Source of the DNA: a virus
Taxonomy: Duplodnaviria; Caudoviricetes
Length of the DNA: 64,000 nt
IMG/VR virus record: IMGVR_UViG_3300028601_000026
Span: 1-64,000 of that record
Strand: one strand, 5' to 3'
Position numbers and translations under genes: made by a program. Within the stretch, counting starts at the first letter, position 1. Every line of letters starts with the position of its first letter. The notes beneath the pieces are model-generated. The model made no database searches, was not told the DNA's origin, and worked only from the letters and a program-made list of their open reading frames with translations. Of the stretch, positions 44,434-52,425 are shown piece by piece.

Positions 44434-44769
44434 CTATGGGAGAGGACCTTCTTCTTCTTCTTGCGGGCTCCAATACTGTAGAAATTTCTTTACCAGGGGG
44501 GATTTACTGCTTTGTGGGAAGAAGGTGGCCAGGAGGTAGCTGTCCGGATGAACGTACGTAACTACCTCCTCCAGCTCTTTAGTGTCCAAAGCCAGAGCAT
44601 CCAGTCCTCCTACCGGGATGAACATGTTGTTTTCCTGAATAAACACTGCGTGCGTGAGGGCCAGACTCCAATTACTTTCGGAAATCGGTGTTTTGCAAAA
44701 CCCGAGAAGGGAGCCGAACGAGGTGCCTACCAGCACAAGGGGCTTATCCGATGCTTGCCTGTCGGACAT
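44434..44769 (-). CDS. Hypothetical protein
   Basis: 111 aa overlapping the RuvC 3' end. Confidence 0.5.
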   Translation of the reverse strand: MSDRQASDKPLVLVGTSFGSLLGFCKTPISESNWSLALTHAVFIQENNMFIPVGGLDALALDTKELEEVVTYVHPDSYLLATFFPQSSKSPLVKKFLQYWSPQEEEEGPLP

Positions 44770-45364
44770 ATTCTAATCTCTTTCTCAGCCTGTCACGGCT
44801 GGTTTCGTAGGTAATGGCCTGTTTGGGGGCCTTCTGATACCATAAATACTTGGCAAGAAAATAAGCATCCGCAGCATCATCGGTTAAAGTTGCCAAGGCT
44901 GCGGAAAGCAATGAAGGGTCTTCAAACCGCATCTCTGCTTTAGCCTGCTCCAGGACAGCCTGTTTAGAAGCGGCACCCGTACCAAGGGCAAACTTCTTCA
45001 GCACCTTAGGCTCCACCAGATGCAGGGGTACCCCTTTCAACAGAAAATTACTTTTTAAAATACCTCCCAGCTCCCCCAGGGTGAACGCCCGGTGCACACT
45101 GTTGAAGGAGTAATCTTCATACGCTACCTGCAATTGATCCCAGGATACTCCAGGGCTGGCCAGGGTCACTGTTCGGTCAAGGTACGCCTGAATGCATAGC
45201 ATGCGCTGCAAGGCGTCGTGCTCTCTCGGGGTTTTTTGTCTTTTGGCACGCGGAGGCACTTCGTCATGGCTGTTCAGCAGCAGCCGGATTTCTCCTTTTG
45301 GGGAAAGGACAACGAAGGCGGTGTTTGCCAAGGAAGGATCCAACCCAGCGTAGCACTGCCTCAT
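44744..45364 (-). CDS. ruvC: Holliday junction resolvase, RuvC-like
   Basis: GLDPSLANTAF; VAYEDY; LGELGG; PKVLKKFALGTGAASK; DDAADA. Confidence 0.85.
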   Translation of the reverse strand: MRQCYAGLDPSLANTAFVVLSPKGEIRLLLNSHDEVPPRAKRQKTPREHDALQRMLCIQAYLDRTVTLASPGVSWDQLQVAYEDYSFNSVHRAFTLGELGGILKSNFLLKGVPLHLVEPKVLKKFALGTGAASKQAVLEQAKAEMRFEDPSLLSAALATLTDDAADAYFLAKYLWYQKAPKQAITYETSRDRLRKRLEYVRQASIG

Positions 45365-45768
45365 GGTTTTCTTTTTCTGGAAGCCGACCGGGTTTTCTTG
45401 GAAGGCTTGTTGTCCCGCAGATAGAGGCGACGGATCTCCTCATTGCGCTTGGCACGAATCGTGGTGCCATCCTCTGAGCGGACAAACTCACCTTTTCGAC
45501 CGGAGGTCATAAGAATGTCTATCTGCTGCTGCAGGACTCCGTGGGTATAGTAGGCGCGGTTCCCGCAGTAAACGCAGGACCAGGTATAGGGTTCGGGCTG
45601 AGAAACCCAATGTTTCCCCCCACACTTATGGCAGGCTCCTGCGGGGCGAAACAGGGGGATATCATCTGTCGGACTGTTGATCTTTTCCAGCAGATCCTTC
45701 CGCAGCTGCTTCTTGCCTCTGCGCAGGCTGGAGGGGTAGTCAAAGGGAGCGGAAGAACGACACATCAC
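45361..45768 (-). CDS. Zn-ribbon protein with basic tail
   Basis: CHKCGG...CVYCGN. Confidence 0.6.
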   Translation of the reverse strand: MMCRSSAPFDYPSSLRRGKKQLRKDLLEKINSPTDDIPLFRPAGACHKCGGKHWVSQPEPYTWSCVYCGNRAYYTHGVLQQQIDILMTSGRKGEFVRSEDGTTIRAKRNEEIRRLYLRDNKPSKKTRSASRKRKP

Positions 45769-45878
45769 AAATTACCTCATTAGCAGAGCCTTGGTAGGCA
45801 AATAACATTGTCTATTCTAATTAACTTAAATTCAAAATATAATGGCTGTTTTTTCTAGATTTTTAAGTGAGCAAAGCT

Positions 45879-45912
45879 AAAAAAAAGAGCACCTTTTTAG
45901 GGGTGCTCTTTT
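45879..45912 (-). terminator. Intrinsic terminator closing the RT cassette
   Basis: AAAAGAGCACC/GGTGCTCTTTT 11-bp stem; T8 on the minus strand. Confidence 0.8.
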
Positions 45913-45968
45913 CTGGTAGGAAACAGGACGCTTCATTCCAGGAGTGGACTTTTTTAATTTTTTAATAT

Positions 45969-47261
45969 TTAAAGAACGCTCTCCCAGTGGCCTGTGTTTT
46001 CCTGGGTAAGACTTTCCGAAGAGTTCCGGGTTCTTGAACAGGCAGAAGAGAGCCTCTCCAGAAAAACTTCAACAGATTCAACTTTTCTGTTGTAGGTTTT
46101 GAGAGCCAGAAAAACAGGCTCGGCCAGTCTCTGGGATACCCCTTGGGGATTTTCCCGCAGAAAAACACAGGCTTGAAACAGTTTTTTCAGGAGACTGCCC
46201 TGTTCTTTGCTGACAGAGTCTATGTAAGCCACGTGTCCTCGCATGATAGACAAAAACTGTTCATCCCTGGCGTGTTGTGTGATAGCAAAGACCGCCCGGT
46301 CTTCCCCCACATTTTCCGTGGGAAACTCTGCCGCTCGAAAAGGATATAAAGAGAAATAGGTGTTCGCTGCCTCTGTGACAGAGGTACGGCAAGCATTGAA
46401 CAATGCAGCACGAATCCGCTGAAACCGCTCAAGGTCCACCCGGGCTTTCACATTCAAAACGACTCCGAGAAACCGCTGATTACGAAAAGGGTGGTTCTTC
46501 GGGGTAACAGACCATTTGTGCGTTTGGAATCCTCTGCGGGACATCACCACATGTACGTATTGGCGATATTCCTTAATAAGCTCTAGGGGAGCGTCTCCAT
46601 CGACAAACAGCACCAAGTTGTCACAGTAACGCACGTACTCTAGGGAGGCCCGGGGGTATTCCTTTTGCTTTCGCGCTACCCAAGCCAAAATATCCCTGTC
46701 GTACAGCGCATATCCCACCAGATTGGAAAGCAGGGCACTGCAGGGAGACCCCTGCTGCAGTGTATGTACCCAACGGTCGCTCTGTCTCCTACGTACAATG
46801 CAGTAGCGGGCAATCAGCTTCGCGCCTGCCTCCGACATAGCTCCCAGAGCACACAGTGTCTTGACTATTTTACGCATGGAAATGTTGTCAAAGTACCCTT
46901 TGATATCACAATGGACCATGTACTTCCTGCCCAGATATTTTTGCAGCTCTTTTTTGTAATTCACCCCTTTGCGGTACGCCAGTAGATGTTCATGCGGAAA
47001 GCTGTCTTGTATTTGATCAAAGGGGATATTCAGCGCGGTCTGGATACGCGCCAGAGTCGTATCTGACTTGTAGGTATCCCGTCCCTTGACTTTTACCAAG
47101 TGTTGCATATGGTTGCGGCGCAGACTCCCATTCTTATCTTTTCCTCCCACCCAGGACAAATACTTGGTCTTGATCTTCAGGAGAGCCCCCAGTTCATCCC
47201 AGCCGTGCACAAGACTCAAAGGAGAGTCAAATACCTCTTCTGTATATTTTTGGCACTTCAT
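45969..47261 (-). CDS. Retron-type reverse transcriptase with non-canonical YCDN motif
   Basis: AYRKG, CDIKGYFDNI, LQQGSPCSALLSN, YVRYCDNL, QRFLGVVLN, thumb MRGHVAYIDSV. Confidence 0.85.
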   Translation of the reverse strand: MKCQKYTEEVFDSPLSLVHGWDELGALLKIKTKYLSWVGGKDKNGSLRRNHMQHLVKVKGRDTYKSDTTLARIQTALNIPFDQIQDSFPHEHLLAYRKGVNYKKELQKYLGRKYMVHCDIKGYFDNISMRKIVKTLCALGAMSEAGAKLIARYCIVRRRQSDRWVHTLQQGSPCSALLSNLVGYALYDRDILAWVARKQKEYPRASLEYVRYCDNLVLFVDGDAPLELIKEYRQYVHVVMSRRGFQTHKWSVTPKNHPFRNQRFLGVVLNVKARVDLERFQRIRAALFNACRTSVTEAANTYFSLYPFRAAEFPTENVGEDRAVFAITQHARDEQFLSIMRGHVAYIDSVSKEQGSLLKKLFQACVFLRENPQGVSQRLAEPVFLALKTYNRKVESVEVFLERLSSACSRTRNSSESLTQENTGHWESVL

Positions 47262-48013
47262 TACAATCCTCCCGTTATTTCACAAATTGAAGTCAGGTAG
47301 GTATCCACAGCGGAAGATACTTTCTGGGCTTTACGTAATGGGCTTTCTATAGTAGCAGGAGCGCTTCTCCAACGTATATAATGAGCCAAAGGTACTGAAA
47401 TACTTTTTGGAGGCAACCACACCCCGTTATAGCAAAGCCCTACCAAAGATTGGGCCCTTCCCTCCAGGCGGAGCCCCGGAAGCTTGTACCTGTAAACTCG
47501 GGAAGACGCCCCCCTCAATCCCCCCACTATTCTATGATGGCGCGTAGCGGAATTAAGATAAGCCAGTGGGAAGAGGGCATAGTACTGAGTGAACAGTTTC
47601 TGCATCGTATAGGGGTTAGCAGCGGCAGAGAAGGTTAAATAATCGTATCTGGAAAAAGAAATTATCGCGGCGTTTGGAAATAGGCTTCTCAGACGGTATC
47701 GGTTTTCCTCCTTATTAAACCAATCCTTGTTTACAAAAAACAGGTGCCGGAAGGATTTATACGCCGTTTTTCTCGGCAAGACGGGAGTGTCTCCTGCAGC
47801 GAGATCCACCGACAAGAGGCAGGGAGGAGACTCGTTCCCATGATCCTCGTAGAAAGTCCCTTCTCGGAGATCTTCAAGGCTTAGAGTTCTTTGCTCAAAA
47901 GAGGGGGATAGGAGCTGTTCAATCTCCGCTACAAGCTGTGGAGGCAGGCTTCCAGGGTCTTCAAAGTTCTCCAAAACAAGGTCATCTCTTTGCTCATCGC
48001 TTTGCGTAGGCAT
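47261..48013 (-). CDS. Unknown protein translationally coupled to the RT
   Basis: AAGGA RBS; TAATG overlap with the RT start; acidic N-terminus, basic/aromatic C-terminus. Confidence 0.65.
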   Translation of the reverse strand: MPTQSDEQRDDLVLENFEDPGSLPPQLVAEIEQLLSPSFEQRTLSLEDLREGTFYEDHGNESPPCLLSVDLAAGDTPVLPRKTAYKSFRHLFFVNKDWFNKEENRYRLRSLFPNAAIISFSRYDYLTFSAAANPYTMQKLFTQYYALFPLAYLNSATRHHRIVGGLRGASSRVYRYKLPGLRLEGRAQSLVGLCYNGVWLPPKSISVPLAHYIRWRSAPATIESPLRKAQKVSSAVDTYLTSICEITGGL

Positions 48014-48056
48014 GCTTTTTCCTTTCTCTGTAAGGTTGCTAAGCTGTTACTAGGGA

Positions 48057-48073
48057 CATGTTCTTATAACAAA
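48057..48073 (-). promoter_or_regulatory. Candidate promoter TTTGTTATAAGAACATG for the RT cassette
   Basis: TGn-TATAAG extended -10; 16/17 identical copy at 52426-52442. Confidence 0.5.
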
Positions 48074-48199
48074 TAAGTCTTCAATTTTATGGGGGTCTTC
48101 ACCATTTATTTAATAGACACCGTTCAGCTTATTACAGGAGCAGCTAAGATCTTTATCCTGCCGACGGAATAGCTCCTACCCTCCCGCTGCTTATTTTCT

Positions 48200-49243
48200 A
48201 TGAGTGGCAGAAAGAGACCACATCCCATGATCACCCTTGTTGACCAACAGAACGACCAGGATTTTTCTGTATTTCATAAAATACTCGGAGGCCTTCAAGA
48301 TGAAGTGCTATTAGGGGCTCTCAACGACATCGAGCTCGATTCAGAGATTTATGCCAAACTGCCCATGGAACAGTTTGCTCTTCCGGAATTACGGAAATTC
48401 CCCGTGAACTCCGCAGAGGATGCCCTGCTCAGTAAACTGTACTTCGAGCAACAGCGCCCTCTACTGTCGGAGGCCCTGGAGGATAAAGTCGCTGAGCGCA
48501 TCAGTACGTTCCTGAACCTGTACAATCTTCCCGAGGAAGTATTTGCCCAGGCTGGCAGTGTCAAAGAAGCTGCCGAGGAGAAAACGCCTATCTATCTCCT
48601 GCCAGAACAACGCTTATGCCGAGTTGCTGGCACGGAGGATCTTGTCAAAGCGGCTCAGCTGTTTGAACGTGAAAAAACCAAGCTGCCCATCCCTCAGCGT
48701 GTCGAGTTTTCTCAGAATTTTGTTAAGTCTGCGTCCACTTTCGGACTGTTGGAAATCCCCTGTGATATTGCCAAGTATGCCAGCTGCCTGGATACAGACC
48801 TGGGTACTACCCGTTATCTGTTGGACATCCGAGCAGCGGCTGTGCGGCGCAAAGGGGGAGATCCCAGTGTTTATGTAAAGCTGGCAAGCCTCCTGGGGCA
48901 TATTGAGGTCACTCCAGACAAGGAGGAGCTTTCCAAACTGGCGAGTCTTATCTACACCCTGGATAAGCAACATGGCCTCGATGCGCCGGCTTATGATAGG
49001 AAGCTGCCCTGTGCCTATACCACCGTGTTCAACCAGGCCGACTCTGCTGTGGAAAAGCAGGCAGCCCAGGAAGAGGTCCCCTTCCGAGAACTTACCAAAG
49101 CGGAGCTGGTTGCCCGCTATGGGGAAGACCTCGTTGCAGAGGTTGAAGGGCACGATGGCGAAGTTGACTACGATAAGTTGCAGGACATCCTGCACCGTTC
49201 CGGGGTGGGTGTACCGGGAAGCACCTCGGAGGGGGCAGACTGA
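48200..49243 (+). CDS. Putative head protein (K-x-A-rich) in the packaging operon
   Basis: 8 of 21 Lys in K-x-A by hand count; helical. Confidence 0.55.
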   Translation: MSGRKRPHPMITLVDQQNDQDFSVFHKILGGLQDEVLLGALNDIELDSEIYAKLPMEQFALPELRKFPVNSAEDALLSKLYFEQQRPLLSEALEDKVAERISTFLNLYNLPEEVFAQAGSVKEAAEEKTPIYLLPEQRLCRVAGTEDLVKAAQLFEREKTKLPIPQRVEFSQNFVKSASTFGLLEIPCDIAKYASCLDTDLGTTRYLLDIRAAAVRRKGGDPSVYVKLASLLGHIEVTPDKEELSKLASLIYTLDKQHGLDAPAYDRKLPCAYTTVFNQADSAVEKQAAQEEVPFRELTKAELVARYGEDLVAEVEGHDGEVDYDKLQDILHRSGVGVPGSTSEGAD

Positions 49244-49923
49244 TGGACTCCTTGCAGGTATTAGCCGGCCACCCCATCGATCTTTATCGGAAGCTGGAGG
49301 CCACTTTTCCTGACTCGGAAGCTCCCTGGTTGGGGTGGGAACCGGAAACGGTGCTTGCTTCTCTCCCGGAGGTTACCGATGACCTTGCCAAAGACAAGAT
49401 TCTGGCTATCCAGGCTCTGGCTTCCAACAGTTCCTTAGGCTGTTCCGTAGCAATCGCCTTTGAAAAAGTGGTGCATGGTTTTTGTAACAACCCCTGCATA
49501 ATGGATGCTGCGCAACCCCCTGGAGTAGAGGAGATCTACTATGCCGTAACTCAAATCCGAGCTCTGGTACAGGAAGTCCATGGCAAACCGGCTGTTTTCT
49601 CTGGGCAGGTTCCTGGCTATGTCGCAGCTGCAGGCCATTATCATGGGTGGTTCTTGTTCCCGGAAGAACTCTCTTTTGCCTCCGAGTTTCTTGAGCATCT
49701 CTCCGGAGTGGTACCAGGTTCCCGTAGGTACACAGACTATGCGGATCTGTTTACACAGGGGAAAGACTTGCTGAAAGCACTTGAGAACACCTCTCTGAGT
49801 CTGGGGGATCTGAAGGCTATGGATAATCTGCCGGAGGATTCTCCGGCAGCTAACCTACTACGCAGGGTGCTGCGCTGTCTGTTGTACGATCCGACACTGC
49901 CCTACCAGGAGGGGATTTCCTAG
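49243..49923 (+). CDS. Hypothetical protein upstream of the terminase
   Basis: TGATG coupling; WLGWEPETV. Confidence 0.55.
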   Translation: MDSLQVLAGHPIDLYRKLEATFPDSEAPWLGWEPETVLASLPEVTDDLAKDKILAIQALASNSSLGCSVAIAFEKVVHGFCNNPCIMDAAQPPGVEEIYYAVTQIRALVQEVHGKPAVFSGQVPGYVAAAGHYHGWFLFPEELSFASEFLEHLSGVVPGSRRYTDYADLFTQGKDLLKALENTSLSLGDLKAMDNLPEDSPAANLLRRVLRCLLYDPTLPYQEGIS

Positions 49924-49924
49924 T

Positions 49925-51505
49925 ATGGCGGTGGTTGAAGTAGCTCTAGATTTGACAAAGGCCGATGCTGCTCAGGCGTTGCTGCACCTGGAGGGTCGGC
50001 CTTATTCATTGCGCAACTACCCAATGTTTGTGGATATCTTTAACTCTCCCTGGCCTCGAGTCCTCATGAAATCCGGGCGACAGGTATCCAAAACCATCAC
50101 TATGGCCGCGTTGATGGTGACCGATGCCTCCATGGTACCTCACAAACCTTCCCTGTACGCCAATGCCTCTGGAAATCAGACCAGTTCTTTTTCCACGTCG
50201 AAACTCGATCCCTTTCTCCTGCACAGCCCCGCGATTTATCACAACCTAATGCAGGCCAAGAACGTCTTGAATAACGTGCTGTATAAGCGCTTTGCCAACT
50301 GGTCAGAATTGCGCCTTACCTACTTTTCTGAATCGGCGGACCGAGTACGCGGTATTTCCGGACACCACTTTTACCTGGATGAGATACAGGACATTCTCTA
50401 CGACGCCATCATTGACGCAGAGGAGTGCCTGTCCGCAGCCAGTGATCCTCGATTTACCTATGCGGGGACCTCTAAAACCCTGACTTCGACCCTGGAGTTT
50501 TTCTGGACGTTGTCCACACAGAAATCCTGGGTAATCAAGTGTGAAGCTTGCGGTAAGTGGAATCTGCCTTCCATTGAAAATATTCAGCGCAAGGGCCTGT
50601 GCTGTAAAAAGTGCGGACACTTGCTGAACACTTTTAAGGGTATTTGGCGCTCCATGCGGGAGTTTGATGGAAAAGAGCCCCTTTTCGATGGCTACCATAT
50701 TCCTCAAATTATCCTGCCTTTGCACTGCAACAGCCCGGAAAAGTGGGCCAAACTCATTGAAAAAATGGAGACCTACCCCTCCTATAAATTCAATAACGAA
50801 GTTCTGGGGCTTCCCGAAGGGGAAGGTGATTCTCCCATAACCGAGGATATGCTGCGGAAGGCTTGTATACCTGAGCTTCGCATGGAAACCCGGCTGACGG
50901 AACACAACGCCGCGGGAGCTACCTATTTCGTGGCAGGTATTGACTGGGGGGGAAATGGCATTGAAGGAACCAGTCGGACTACCTTATCCGTGTACGCGGT
51001 GTATCCCGAGCGAGTACAGAGCACAAAAATCTACGGCCAAATCTTCGGGCCGGGCGATCCCACCAAGCATGTAGAAGAAATCTCCTCCGCCTTGAAGCGC
51101 TTCGGAGTGCATATGGCTTTTGGTGACCATGGCGGGGGAAACTTCGCCATGGCCATGCTGCAGAATATCACCCCTACTGTACGCATCGTGCCTGTGATGT
51201 ATACGGATCAGGCAGCCCCCTATCGTTGGGATGAGGATGCCCATCGCTATACAGTGAATCGTACCCGACTGATCGATGCCTTTTTCATGGCCATGCGCAC
51301 CGGAGAGGTTCATACCATGCGCTGGGAAGATTTCCAGAGGTTTTCTCCAGATATTCTCGCTGTCTATCAGGAAATCATCGGAGATAATCAGGGGAAAGGC
51401 CGACGTGTTTGGCGCCGCTATCCCTCGAAGCCGGATGACATCCTGCATAGCATGGTGTTTGGCTGGTTCGCCGCCCGTGTCATGAGTGGCAATATGGAGT
51501 TCTGA
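49925..51505 (+). CDS. terL: Terminase large subunit (lambda GpA-like, with Zn ribbon)
   Basis: Walker A-like SGRQVSKT, Walker B FYLDEIQD, CEACG/CKKCG, nuclease VAGIDWG...DDILHS. Confidence 0.85.
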   Translation: MAVVEVALDLTKADAAQALLHLEGRPYSLRNYPMFVDIFNSPWPRVLMKSGRQVSKTITMAALMVTDASMVPHKPSLYANASGNQTSSFSTSKLDPFLLHSPAIYHNLMQAKNVLNNVLYKRFANWSELRLTYFSESADRVRGISGHHFYLDEIQDILYDAIIDAEECLSAASDPRFTYAGTSKTLTSTLEFFWTLSTQKSWVIKCEACGKWNLPSIENIQRKGLCCKKCGHLLNTFKGIWRSMREFDGKEPLFDGYHIPQIILPLHCNSPEKWAKLIEKMETYPSYKFNNEVLGLPEGEGDSPITEDMLRKACIPELRMETRLTEHNAAGATYFVAGIDWGGNGIEGTSRTTLSVYAVYPERVQSTKIYGQIFGPGDPTKHVEEISSALKRFGVHMAFGDHGGGNFAMAMLQNITPTVRIVPVMYTDQAAPYRWDEDAHRYTVNRTRLIDAFFMAMRTGEVHTMRWEDFQRFSPDILAVYQEIIGDNQGKGRRVWRRYPSKPDDILHSMVFGWFAARVMSGNMEF

Positions 51506-51512
51506 TCTAAAA

Positions 51513-51543
51513 AAAATCCCGAGTGCTTTTGCCTCGGGATTTT
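51513..51543. terminator. Intrinsic, probably bidirectional terminator after terL
   Basis: AAAATCCCGAG...CTCGGGATTTT. Confidence 0.75.
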
Positions 51544-51559
51544 CATTCTTTCACTCACT

Positions 51560-52155
51560 AAGCGGGGGAGAAGGCTAGCCTTTTGGGTAGCCTTCTGCTT
51601 GGTTTGGCAGACTATGTCTGCCTGTCAGAGATGGAAAATGACCCATCTGAGTGAAACTCTTGTCTTCTGTCTTGGGCCCGTCTGGGGCGGGTTGAGGTTA
51701 CTATGAGATCTATTCCATGCTCCAGCCGATGGTCGGTTGAAAAAGTCTTCAGAGTGCCTGTAGGAGCACCGCTCCGGAAGGCTACCTGAAGCTTTTTCAT
51801 AAGACCTCGAGCTGGAAAAAGTAAGTGCCGGACTTTGTCCGGCTTATTCTTTTTCCAAAGAATAATCTAACCTCTAAGTGTTTCCAGTACAAACCTGTTC
51901 TTTCTAGGAAGGTATGCTCCGAAAACACCCATCTTTCTGTCCTGCTTACTCCTCTCTACTATGGCTAGACCGGGTGGGATCCGATCCGCCGGCGCCGCAG
52001 GATGACTGGGTGGGGGTGACCGCGTCCGCGTGCCATCTCGGTCTCCAAGGGAAGCCTCAACCTCCGGTTGAGAGTGCCGAAGGCACGTGCTTCCTAGAGG
52101 AGACCCCTCGTAGAAGACAGACTTTGTCTGCCGATGGAGAGGTTCTTCTCCATTC
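51560..52155 (+). ncRNA. Candidate large structured non-coding RNA of unknown class
   Basis: At least 10 helices visible by eye, including a nested three-way junction (52040-52105) and a 14-bp bulged stem (51738-52/51786-99); G-U pairs favour the + strand; no credible ORF. Confidence 0.6.
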
Positions 52156-52170
52156 AACTAGAAGGAGTTT

Positions 52171-52398
52171 TTACTTCCGGGCAATGCTGGCTACATGGTC
52201 GAGGTTAATGAGGGCTTCCCGTACGCTGAGCTCCCCATTAGCCAGCGTGACTTCAGATCGAAGCGTAAAGAATTTACCCTTAGTGGACACGACCGTACCG
52301 GTCAGGGCCGCTCCGCCGTAGATAAATACTCTTGCCTCTTTCCCCAGCCAGGCTTGTATCGCTTCGTAGCCCATTGGTGAAAATGTCGTGTCAGTCAT
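52171..52398 (-). CDS. Small Sm/LSm/Hfq-fold-like protein
   Basis: 75 aa; helix then ARVFIYGGAALTGTVVSTKGKFFTL (Sm1-like) and ALINLDHVASI (Sm2-like). Confidence 0.5.
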   Translation of the reverse strand: MTDTTFSPMGYEAIQAWLGKEARVFIYGGAALTGTVVSTKGKFFTLRSEVTLANGELSVREALINLDHVASIARK

Positions 52399-52425
52399 GA
52401 CATCACCTGCCTAAACCCGGTCTTG

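Noticed and set aside
33930-47261. Diversity-generating retroelement (RT near tail fibre genes)
   Set aside because: No ~100-bp TR/VR pair differing at adenines was seen, no avd-like gene was recognised, and the RT motifs are retron-like.
47330-47440. msr-msd hidden in the 3' end of the RT partner ORF
   Set aside because: Only modest pairings (GGGCTTT/AAAGCCC, one bulged hairpin), with no clear a1/a2 arms or branching G; not supportable by eye.
51560-52155. tmRNA, RNase P, SRP, group I/II intron or hammerhead identity for the structured region
   Set aside because: No tRNA-like ends. GTCCGGCTTA and CCGGAAGG are only partial matches sitting in local hairpins. No group II domain V. CTGAGTGAAAC does not fit the CUGANGA...GAAA geometry. 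Judged by eye only; Rfam search still needed.
51612-52321. ORFs 51612-51800, 51867-52157 and 51914-52321 as genes
   Set aside because: No convincing SD, Pro/Arg/Ser-rich composition typical of non-coding frames, and they overlap the helical region or the Sm-like gene.
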